From Asterias rubens (lineage: Eukaryota), in contig NW_022985716.1 of assembly GCF_902459465.1 (NCBI RefSeq), positions 1 through 64,000 on the forward strand: a DNA stretch of 64,000 nt. The letters run 5' to 3'. The translations under genes and the position numbers were made by a program. Positions 1 through 11,400 of the stretch are shown piece after piece. Numbering within the stretch: position 1 is the first letter of the stretch; each line of letters starts with the position of its first letter. The notes below the pieces were generated by a model. That model was not told the DNA's origin, ran no database searches, and worked only from the letters and a program-made list of their open reading frames with translations.

Positions 1-161
1 TCGACGAGGTAAAAAGAAAACCACGCAATTTCGAGGCATATTTGTGTAGATCATTGTATTCTACTTTTACAACATCTTTCTAACCGTATCGATTCCGTAA
101 ACAAACGGTTACAGAACGCTTTTCAAAGACCAACTCGTCCGATCCAAGGCAACGTGTTCCT
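1..161. mobile_element. Kolobok-type MITE family B, end fragment
   Basis: Ends CCGATCCAAGGCAACGTGTTCCT followed by TTAA; same terminus as 31920-32294 and 60835-61220. Confidence 0.8.
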
Positions 162-2127
162 TTAAAACCTGTCCTAAAACAACGTTTGTGTAAGGTTTCC
201 TGTTTGGTTCGTTTTGTTTACGTTAAATCAACATTTGTTTTAGGTTAGGATCACATTATTCAAAAGGGGAGATAATTAGGAATTTTTTAGCTGATCGTTC
301 ATTTCATCATTTTATTTGGTTTCTCGGCTGAGCCGTTGCAAACAAAAATACAAAACAAAGTCTGTCTGTGCTTTGACATTCCTCTTTTCGTTTCCAAGCC
401 GACATTCCAAACGGCACAACTCCATGCATGGTTCTCTGGAATTGACGGATGCCCACTACTACATACTCCTGATGGTCCGCACACGTGATGTAACATTAAA
501 CTTAGTGGCAGCCACGTTGAAATTCACGATGACTGCCTGCTGAGCAAAATAATCCAGTGGTTTCATTAAAGTTTTTCATACTGGACTCAGTGATCCTGAA
601 ACCTGAAACCATGGGTAGGTAAACACCAACACCAAGTTTCTGTGAGGCTCATAGACCAAGATACGGGACAAAAAAGCATTTGATCGGCGGGCATTTTAGT
701 TCAAAATGGCCGCCTTAACCAAAATGTCCAATATTCTTAGATTTTGTTTTTAATATCCAGGGTTCCTTGACCCTGAAAACACAAGTATAGGCGCCAAAAC
801 TAAGTCTCCAGATGAGTCTTAGAGATCTAGGATACAGGCACAACTAAATTCAGAAAGCGGCCATTTAAAAAATGGCCAACATCTTAATGCATCCCACCCA
901 ACGTTTTACTGATAGCATGAAAATGGTCGGTCTCCAGAACAAAATGATACCACTCGCAGAAGATCTAGGGGATGCATGGGGTTCAGACCATAAACTCGAA
1001 TGCCATAGAATTATTACCCACGACCTGCTGTCTCAACAAAACACTAGTTTGTGCAGAATTCTTTCAGTTTTTATTATGTACTATTTACCATCATCCTGCC
1101 AAGTAGGGGGCCGAGTCCTAAGCCAATGAGTGTATCATTTTTGTCACAGGATCATCTCAGAAAGTACAGTGCGCCCAATATTTTTTATTAAAAAAAAGTA
1201 AATAGTAAAAAACAACACTCTAAAAATTATGTAAAACCTGAATATTTGAATACTCCTAATAAAAACCACTTTTACTGCAGCTGCAACAGGTGACTTCGCG
1301 TGACTCTTTTTATACCTGTCCCCGGAGAGTTTTAACGAGTCCAAGTACTTATGAATAACTATGATACAATGGGACAGATGGAACCAATGCTGTGAAATCA
1401 TCAGGGTCAAGATTGGAGGTTGAAACATAATAATACCACACGTACACACAATCATCTTTTCCGAAGACATTAAATATGCTATAATGTCAGATTTTTGGCC
1501 CATTACAATATAAAAATTTGATATTTTTGAGTGAATGGTATTTCAAAGAGTATCACCCGCTCTAAAGAAAGTTTAACTTTTACTTTTAATGGTCAGGAAC
1601 CATGACAACAATTTAAAACGTTTCTTATAAAACACATAAGAATTGGTCACTGATATTGTCGGGATCCCGACAAAAACTAATTTTTAGCACTTTATTTCAT
1701 TGCTACTAATAATTGGCGGACTTTTTCGAGCAATGGCTCAAATGAAAGCTTGTAACTTTCTCGACCCCCATCAAAATACCTATTGAATTTTAAATCAAAA
1801 TCTTTGGATCAAATCGGCCAAAAATCTGACAAAGCATCTTTAAAACATTCCTTCACGTGTGTTGTTGTTACTCGAAAACCTTGTTTACAATTTCTGTTTA
1901 CCCTTTGACATGACTGTCGTCTGGAGAATTTATCCCGTTTTCTTTATTCTTTATTGAGCATTTATTCTGACAGAATTTTTTAATGTCTACTGTTTTGTTT
2001 AATGCCAAACGTCCGACCCGGTGTCATAGAGAAATCTGTTCCCCGTAGAGTCTGTCCCCCATTATGGGCTGGGTTGGAAGAGGATTCAAAAGAGGGCGCT
2101 ATAATCAGAAGAAGTTTGTACACAGAG

Positions 2128-2366
2128 GGTGCGTTCGTTTAGCTTCCCTGGGTCGACCCCGGTCTGCCCCGGTACGTTCGAATAGCTTTGACGGGGCTCA
2201 CCCGGGTCAGCTCCAGTGCCCTACTTGTGGAATGGGTCACTTGGGGTGATCTGAGGAGCATGCCCTCACCACAAAAGGGCGAGTGTGATCGTTCGATTAG
2301 CTCTTGTCAGGGGCTCACCCAAGTGAGCACTGCGGGGTCGACCAAGGGAAGCTAAACGAACGCACT
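2128..2366. mobile_element. MITE with about 30-bp TIRs (G[G/A]GTGCGTTCGTTTAGCTTCCC)
   Basis: Clear inverted termini; a second, eroded copy lies at about 17490-17730. Confidence 0.8.
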
Positions 2367-2539
2367 CAGTAGTTCGCCGTATCTGGGACATGATCTCCGT
2401 GGGGGACACAATCTCCTGCCTCACCGGACCGTAGTTGGATTGGATCCAGCTGACAGATCCAGATAAAAGGCTTTAATCGAACTAAACTTGGGACAGATCC
2501 AAACAATGATGTGAAAAACATTATGGTTGAAGCATTCGC

Positions 2540-3914
2540 ACAACATCGGTAAACAGTATTGTCCAATGGCTCAGACGTCGTGTACCACGACTTATAAATA
2601 ACAAACCGGTGAAAGTTTAGGCTCAATCGGTCATCGGAGTCGGGAGAAAATAACGGGAAAACCCACCCTTGTTTCCGCACGTTTCGCCGTGTCACGACAT
2701 GTGTTTAAATTAAATCCGTTATTCTCGATATCAAGAGCTTATAATTGTTTTAATGTTTTCTCAAAAAGTAAAGCCTTTCATGGAATAATATTTCAAGGGA
2801 AGTCTTTCACCATTACCTTCTGTAAACCCTGTAAGTTATTTGTAAATCTGTGAACTTTAAATGTTCTGTACCGAAAGTCTCCAATGGTGTTGTGATACTG
2901 CTCCTCAGAACAATATCATTTGTACGAATCATTTGTACGATCATTTGTTTCTGTTCAGAAAGTGTCCAATGAAGCGCACACTCATAATTTTTCGAGGACA
3001 ATTTCGAGCGCACACTCATAATTTTTCGAGGACATCATCAACATCTTTAAATTCCCTATAGCGGTTTTGTTTTTCGGGAACCAATATTTGCAATTCTCCA
3101 GTTTACTGTTGAAAATCCTAACCAAGAGGTGATATTGATAGAAATGATGATTTGCTTTAAAGCCATTTTGTGATGTCAATACTAGTCATGACCGAACTTT
3201 CACCCAGAGCCTGGTGGTGAGAAGGTCATTGTGGTAGTAATGTGTATTCCTAGAACACTGAGGTGGGTGTGGAGGTCAGTGGTCAGTGACCTACCTGGAC
3301 TCAAGGATGTGGTTCTTGCCTCATTCCAGGAATGACCACTCCTCAAGGATTTGAAGGGAAATAAAAGAGGGATGGGGAAAGTAAATGGGTTATTCTTATC
3401 TTGGGCACCTTAGGGTGCACTTCTATGTTAAAAGCCATATGTAGAAATAAAGAGACTGCATGCAGAAGAAGTTAACAACAAATCGTCTTCCTTGAATCTT
3501 TGTATTGAGTAATTCGTACAAATGATATTGTTCTGAGGAGCAGTATCACAACACCATTGACTTTCGGTACAGAACAAAAAAAGTTCACAGATTTACAAAT
3601 AGCTTACAGGGTTTAAAGAAGGTAACGGTGAAAGACTTCTCTTGAAATATTATTCCATGAAACGCTTTACTTTTTGAGGTAACATTAAAACAATATAAAT
3701 TCTCGATATCAAGAGTTACGGATTTATTTTAAACACATGTCATGACACGGCGAAACGTGCAAAAACAAGGTTGGGTTTTCCCGTTATTTTCTCCCGACTC
3801 CGATGACCGATTGAGCCTAAATTTTCACAGGTTTGTTATTTTATATAAAAGTTGTGATACACGAAGTGTGGGCCTTGGACAATACTGCTTACCGAAAGTG
3901 TCCAATGGCTTTAA
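2540..3914. mobile_element. Inverted pair of family-C TTAA MITEs enclosing a unique spacer (possible foldback element)
   Basis: About 2540-2935 is the reverse complement of about 3510-3914, including a shared 40-bp inner extension; the right end is CCAATGGCT-TTAA. Confidence 0.7.
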
Positions 3915-4402
3915 TTGTATAGAAAAATCATCTAGCATAAAAGGTGGCAAATGGGACATAATTTAGTGGTATTGTATTTAATTACATTATTAAATTAAAC
4001 GATGGAAATATGGTTCCATAAACCCAAACTTTGCCTTAACAATCGATTGATCAATGTCGATTTGATAAAATCCCCTCAAAACTAAATTTCTGTTAATGGT
4101 GAAAATTTCTCTAAATAGTTACCTTCCGAATTCGATGACTAAGCATTAAATTGTCGTTTGCATGTAAATTGTATGGTGTGCTTTTATATACAAAATTATT
4201 CAAAGTTAAAGAATTAAACTAATCTAACTCTTCGAAAACAATGGTTGGCTCAGCTAAAAACTAAAAAGCAAAATAATGATTAAAATTGCAAGCATTTTTG
4301 TTGTCCAAATAATCGACATTTTAGCCTCTATGTTTTTAATGCATAGTGCTCTGAGTAATATTAGCCATAATTATTCGGAAAAAATTCTTTGTAATGCAAT
4401 TG

Positions 4403-5110
4403 AGTGACTCTGGTGAGAAACTGTTGTGATTAAGTCTGGCGAGTAACTGTTGTGAGTGACTCTGGCGAGTAACTGTTATGATTAAGTCTGGCGAGTAACT
4501 GTTGTGAGTGACTCCGATGAGTAACTGTTGTGAGTGACTCTGGCGAGTGACTGTTGTGAGTGACTCTGGCGAGTAACTGTTATGATTAAGTCTGGCGAGT
4601 AACTGTTGTGAGTGACTCCGATGAGTAACTGTTGTGAGTGACTCTGGCGAGTGACTGTTGTGAGTGACTCTGGTATCTGCTGTGGCTGACTCTGGCGACT
4701 AACTGTTGTGATTGACTGGCGATGAACTGTTGTGAGTGAGTCTGGCGAGTAACTGTTGTGAGTGACTCCGATGAGTAATTGTTGTGAGTGACTCTGACGA
4801 GTAACTGATGTTAGTGACTCTGGCGAGTAACTGTTGTGAGTGATTCTGGCGAGTAACTGTTGTGAGTGACTCTGGCGAGTAACTGTTGTAAGTGACTCTG
4901 CTGGGTAACTGTTGTGAGTGACTCCGATGAGTGATTGTTGTGAGTGACTCTGACGAGTAACTGTTGTGGGTGCCAGGTGACTCTGGTGAGTAACTGTTGT
5001 AAGTGACTCTGGCGAGTGACTGTTGTGAGTGACTCTGGCGAGAAACTTTTGTGGGTGACACTGACGATTAACTGTTTTGAGTGACTCTATTGAGTTACTG
5101 TTGTGGATGA
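4403..5110. repeat. 26-bp minisatellite (GTGACTCTGGCGAGTAACTGTTGTGA)n
   Basis: Directly visible tandem array 3' of the lectin gene. Confidence 0.95.
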
Positions 5111-5300
5111 GTTACTTTGTTGAGTTGATCAATGCTTCGGCTCATTGAATTTGTGGGACGATTCAATAACCATTCTGGGTAGAGCTGAAATCAACTTTGT
5201 ACAACTCTGAATTCAGTCATGTCCCCGGCGAATAAGTGATTTTTGTTTTCTCTAGATGAAATGTTATGGAGGCTGCATGTTTGCTTTCATCGGTTTGTAT

Positions 5301-5786
5301 TCAAAGAACAGTTGGCATTGGCATCTTGCAGACGTGTGATTGGTGATCGGAGCAGCGGCCATCATTCCAGCCCATTCGATGGGGCACAATTTCACCGCAA
5401 TCTTCATTTGAGCCTGCATTATCCGGTTGTCCAGGAAGCCATTCCTCGTAGTCGAACGCTGTGCCGTCACTCCAGCTGAAAGTGCCTTCATTTGATTGGT
5501 CGGACATCCCAAGCCAAACTTGTTTGTCCAAGGCAGAGGTCAATGAAGATGTCGAATACTGGAGCAGGAAATCCGCTTCGTCAGAGCTGTGCACGGATGC
5601 AAGATGACCCTGTCCGCTGATGGTAAAGAACTGCCGGCAGTGGTTTTCGGCATCGGTCCACGACTTTTCATGACCCATTAAACGGTAGCAGTTGTTACGA
5701 TATTCAGTCCATAGCGGTGGACATCCAGCCCTGGTCAGCCCAATCACAGCCAGGACCATCACCGTAACCCGGAGAAAGAGAGCCAT
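5301..5786 (-). CDS. Secreted C-type lectin (echinoidin / GalNAc-lectin-like), intronless, 161 aa
   Basis: Hydrophobic signal peptide, then CPPLW..Y.NNCY, WTDAENHC, HLASVHS, VWLGMSD, WSDG, QPD (galactose-type) and WNDGRC...HVC, with the canonical CTLD cysteine pattern. Confidence 0.95.
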   Translation of the reverse strand: MALFLRVTVMVLAVIGLTRAGCPPLWTEYRNNCYRLMGHEKSWTDAENHCRQFFTISGQGHLASVHSSDEADFLLQYSTSSLTSALDKQVWLGMSDQSNEGTFSWSDGTAFDYEEWLPGQPDNAGSNEDCGEIVPHRMGWNDGRCSDHQSHVCKMPMPTVL

Positions 5787-5882
5787 ACTGGTTTTAGTTA
5801 TCAGCCGTTTTGCAGGAGCACACTAATAAATTTGTATGAAGAAAAATAGTTTGTGACAAACTGTTTTCAGGACTGAGCGCAC

Positions 5883-5888
5883 TTTATA
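5883..5888 (-). promoter_or_regulatory. Candidate TATA box of the C-type lectin gene
   Basis: TATAAA on the minus strand about 100 nt upstream of the lectin ATG (5786). Confidence 0.4.
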
Positions 5889-7291
5889 TTCTCTGATCTT
5901 ATGATCAACTGATCTTTGACACGCCTACAAGAGACGCCATCACGTGACTAACTCATGTTGTTTACTTGGTTTGATCCAGCTGTTGTATCACGTCTTGTAC
6001 CAGACATTTATTACTCTAACACGGTATAAAATGCTTACATAATCACATAAACTTATTCAACATTGTTTTCACGAGAGTTCAAGAACCTAATAAACCGGTG
6101 CAAGGAGCGTGTTGTTTCGGATTCAAGCGGCGTAAAGCATTGATGGGGTAATCATGTAGTAATTAAAGCCACTCACCAAAAGCCATATAATCGAATTTTA
6201 TTCAGTTGAGTTTTCCCCTTGAAGATTAGCATAAACCTGACAAAATTTACTGGGATATGAGCGTAAATCCTCAATGCAATAAACTGAAATGCTCGCAGCC
6301 CGCCCCAAAGCATATTGTTCCATATGTGCATTATTTCAGATGCAAATAATGTTTGGTGTACACCAAACAATCTCATTTCACTACTCCTCAGATGCTTTTG
6401 AGGGCAAGACGATTTCAGTTTGTAATTTCTCATTTTTGTTGTTATAGTTCATTTTCTGTTTTAATTGCCGATGAAGTTTTAAGAGACGAACAGTCCTCCT
6501 ATGTTTGTTTGTTTGTTTGCGCTCCTTTGTTTCCCTGTACAAATCCAACAGGGACATCGCTTAAAGTTCAAACGGGGAGAACTGAGCTTGAGTCCTCGTC
6601 TGGGTGGACAGGCATGGGTGTGGTTTGGGAGTGGAGGCAGCGGCGTAACTAAGGTACATTTTTAGTTGGGGTACATGGGAGGAGGGGTACCATTTTTTAT
6701 AGTGGGCACTTCGGAAACAATGATTCATCCAAACCCACACTTTAGGGGGGGGGGAGGAGGAGGGGGCACATTTTGTCAAAGATGTAGCATGCGAGGGCAG
6801 AGCACGAAGCCTTTGGCGTGTGTCCCGGAAGTTGTATATTCTAGGTAGCTGCTCTGTGTTGCTTTCTAAGACCATTGCTGAAGGAAACAGAACAATTAGA
6901 GCTGTAGAATGTGGGCCATTTTTCATCAATGACACGGCCACGCCTACGAGAGACGCCATCACATAAGGAATCGAGAACACTATCATAGAATCGAGGATTA
7001 TAGATAAACTCATTGTTGGTCTGAATCTAACTCTTTTACCACGTATTGTACACATGGTATAAAATGCTGACATTTCGGTTCAACATTGTTCTCACAAGAG
7101 TTCAAGGAAACCAATAAAACCGGTCCCGGGTGCATGATGTTTTTCTGATTTAAGCAGCGTAAAGCCGTTATTAGGTAATTATGTAGTAAAGCCCACGTAC
7201 ACCAAAAGCAATACAGTTTACATTTTTGTTGATTTTTCCTCGCAAGATTTACATAAATCTGACGAATTTTACTGGGATATGAGCATTAATC

Positions 7292-7655
7292 CGCCATTGG
7301 ACCCTTTCGGTTCAGAAAAAAATAAAAGTTCACAGATTTACAAATAACTTACAGGGTTTACAGAAGGCAATGGTGAAAGACTTCTCTTGAAATATTATTC
7401 CATGAAATGCTTTACTTTTTGAGAAAACAGCAAAACAATATAAATTCTCGTTAACGAGAATTACGGATTTATTTTAAACACATGTCATGACACGGCGAAA
7501 CGCGCGGAAACAAGGGTGTTTTGTTTTGTTGTTTTCTCCCGACTCCGATGACCGATTGAGCCTAAATTTTCACAGGTTTGTTATTTGATATAGAAGTTGT
7601 GGTACACAAAGTGTGGGCCTTGGACAACACTGTTTACCGAAAGGGTCCAATTGCT
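7292..7655. mobile_element. Kolobok-type MITE family C
   Basis: TIR GCCATTGGACCCTTTCGGT / ACCGAAAGGGTCCAATTGCT followed by TTAA. Confidence 0.8.
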
Positions 7656-7787
7656 TTAAAACACATAAACTGAAATACCCTGCTTCATTAAAGTATTAGG
7701 CCCTTGCATTGTTTCAGATGCAAAAGTTTGGTTTAAACACAAAATAATCGCGTTTCAACAGTTAAGCCACTGAGTGAGGGCACTTGA

Positions 7788-8151
7788 AGGGAAGGTACCT
7801 GTTTGGTATTTGTCAAAGACCAGTCTTCTCACTTGGTGTATCCCAACATAAGCATAAAATAACAAGCATGTGAACATTTGAGCTGAATTGGTCATCGAAG
7901 TTGCGAGAAAGTGATGAGAGAAAAAACCACCCTTGTTGGATGAATTTGTGTGCTTTTCAGATAGGAATAAAAGACTTCCAGCTAGAAGTCTGTAATCTCT
8001 TGTGAGAAGTTAGCTCTTTCTCAAAATCTATGCTACTTCAGAGGGAGTCGTTTGTGTTATATACTATCAGCAGCTCTCCATGAACATGCTCGTTACCACG
8101 TCAGTTTTTAAGTTAATATGTTTTGAGTAATACCAAACGTGAACCTTCCCT
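7788..8151. mobile_element. Kolobok-type MITE family A (variant termini AGGGAAGGT)
   Basis: Body shared with the family A copies; ends AACCTTCCCT-TTAA. Confidence 0.8.
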
Positions 8152-8239
8152 TTAAGTTCCTTTGAATAGAAAACGGTGATACTAGAGATTATTTAATGTT
8201 TTGTGGCGGTCTTACTGATCTTCCCAAGTGAGAAGACGG

Positions 8240-8440
8240 GGACTCTGCTCCCCGCCCGCCCCTCCGCCCCAACACCCACCGTACTGCGAAATGTGCGCAG
8301 TACTAAATCAGAGCGTATATATTGGGATACTAAATTAAGTGATAGCGCCCTCTTTTGAACCGTGCTCCTTTAGATCAGCCAAACTCCGGCCGGGAGACTT
8401 GCGAGTAGAAGCATAAGTCAACATCATGTGTTCTAATTTA
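8240..8440 (+). promoter_or_regulatory. OGFOD2 promoter region
   Basis: GC-box cluster CCCGCCCGCCCCTCCGCCCC about 190 nt upstream of ATG 8449. Confidence 0.45.
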
Positions 8441-8448
8441 ACTTCACT

Positions 8449-11400
8449 ATGTCGAAAGTTACGATGAAGAAGTATTACTGCTGCAAATGTTTTTTGACGG
8501 ATAACATTTATATATCAGAGTATGACATCCACGTAACATATCACTGCGATGACCAATTTCTGGAAACTTGGCAAAAGGTATGAATGATGATGTCGCGCAA
8601 AGTAGTGACCCGCGCAAGTTTGAAACTTGCCCGCACAACGCAAAACTTAGAAAAGCCGAAATCAACTAACCACCTCGCAAACAGTTTCGAATTTGCGCTT
8701 GTTTCTAGTTTGCGTTTTTAATAAATGTACGAAATATGATGTTTTATGTGACATTTCAACACTAAACAAAAACAAGAAAAGCATATTGCGGTTGTCAAGA
8801 CGAGAAGTAACAAATGAACTTACTTACTGGAACTTACTTGAATCCACCGACGCCATCACACAACTGGGGAGGAGACGGTGGTTCTGGTTACTGGGGCAGA
8901 CAGCTTAGATAAGCTTATGTAGAGCCCCCCGACGTTCTTTAGGAATTTATCCACATGTCCCTTGAAAATGCATGAATGACATTTTCAGTGGCACTCTTGC
9001 CCAAACAGGTTTCTACCTCCATGGTCCAAAGTACTTGTACAAAGTTAGTTGCTTGCGATAACGCGTAACTAACTCTCCTCCCGACGAAGGGCGGAGCCGG
9101 GCGGAGGAGGGTTTCTATTCCGCAGCTCTAGGGATGGTTTCTACCTCATTGACATTCTCTGTCCTTACTCTATGGTTAAATCTAAACTAGTCCAAAGTAT
9201 TCGACTTTCCGTATGGCGCCACCACTTTTTCACTCATTTTTTACAAAAAAGGAGATATCAATCAGGTAAATTAGATACTATATTATTTTATTTCGAATGA
9301 AAAAGTGGTGGCGCCATACGAAAACTTTTCCCTCGACTTGTCCTCTTGACCCAGTTTACTTAGCCCACCTTGTTGAGCTGTTAATGGCTCCGCAAGGTGG
9401 GCTAATGGTGACAGTGATGAGACCGATGTTAAAAGCGGAGCCATTAACAGCTCAACTAGGTGGGCTACATTTTACTGTACTCTGGCCTGGGCAGCTGGGG
9501 CACTATGTACCAAGACCCTTTACTGGGGAGCTGTGTACTCCCTCCTTTTTTCACAATTTGTCAATATATTCTGGTGTCATGTGTTTTCAGTAGGATAACA
9601 GGAAAATTGTTCTCAATCAAAAACTAAACGATTAAAAAAAATCATCTATCCAACTTGTTTACAACAAAACATACACTCAATCGTGTGTTGAAATCTTAAA
9701 AGTTTTGTTTTTCTGTTGGGAGAGATAATCCACTATTTACAGTGCCAATGCATGTACGACATTGAAGCGACGTCATATGTTTTCAAACCTTTCATTCATT
9801 GGTTGGTATTTAATTGAATAGTCAGAAGCTAGCATGGGGTGCAAAATAAATTAAAAAGCTCATTCAATTACTATTAGACAAATTTTTGTCCCAAGACATA
9901 TGGCTACTTGGTTAGAATCCTGAGATATCACAAGGCATGACAGTAAAACACCCCGACCCCCTTGAAGCACAAACACTTCAAAACAATCTGTTTTCTCCCC
10001 TATTTCAGACCAGCAATGTTTGGTTTCAGGAGTAAGAAACCAATTGTTTGTATTGTCTCTATAATGTGGACATATTATTTATTACATTTATCAGAATTTA
10101 TTACTTTTTTTTCTTCATTTTCACTTAAAATGTTTTAATTTTTTCCATATATTGGCACACATTAGAATCCATAATAGCAACAACATCATGTGATCTATCT
10201 AGTGACTTAAGGACAATAAAACTCAATCTAGCAGATGATAATTTTGTTTTGAAATTTAGAGGTTGGATGATGTTTCTTAGACTCATTTAATTGTTGGCAT
10301 AAAAATGCACTGATTTATACCAAAAATTCATCATTTTATACATGTTTGAGCATAACCTTCGACAGGAAACTTTATTCTCAGCATGATTAAGCCTGACGAA
10401 AATACAGACCGTGAGTAAACAGCAGAGCTTCTGTCACCGGTAGAGCTTGCACAGTCTCGCAGTAAACGGGAATCAAAGTTTGGGTTTGAAAACATGAGGG
10501 TTGATAACATATGACACTATGATAGTAGGTCGTACATGTTAGGGTAGTAGTGTAATGTAACTGGGTCTACTCTTGTCCAAGGGTCTGTACTCGACAAGCT
10601 CTGCTTTTTATTGGCCCCCTCCATCTCCATTACTTTATGTTAGTTTGCAGTTAAAGTACAATTGCTGCCTTTGCTTGTAAATGTTTGTTTATATTAAGGG
10701 ATTAAAAGAGTTGATTATCAACCATTTAAACACCCCCACGTGACGCGCTCTCCAACAATAGGTATAGCGAAACTGTCTGAGGCATTTATGAATATATGCT
10801 TTTATTGCTTGTTATTGTGATTGAATTAAATTGAATTGAATTACTTGCGTATCTTACCAAACTGCCAAAGCAATATTCCTGATGTGAAATGATGACAGAC
10901 AAATGGTGTTGTTGATGTTTGAATTGACTCTAGAGTATCATTGATCATATGATGATGAATCACCGAGCTTGCAACGAGGGAGCTATCCGACTCAGGATTC
11001 TGAGTATCAGTGAAGGATGTATGGCGCTGAAACTGTTGTTAATTGTTGACGTGACCTGAATAGTCTCAAGTCTTGCAATAGAGGCATTTGCGTTTTCTTG
11101 AGAAGATTTAAACATGCTGTATGATGATGTAGCTGTAGGCTATATGATGGACTGAAAATGCCTGCTGGATGAAGAGTAGTTTGATCAATGAATGACACAT
11201 GTCCTTCAATGTGCCTTTATACAATCCTAGCAAGCCAATGCCGGCTTGTGAAGTGGAGTGCCTTTATACAATCCTAGCAAGCCAATGCCGGCTTGTGAAG
11301 TGGAGTGCCTTTATACAATCCTAGCAAGCCAATGCCGGCTTGTGAAGTGGAGTGCCTTTATACAATCCTAGCAAGCCAATGCCGGCTTGTGAAGTGGAGT

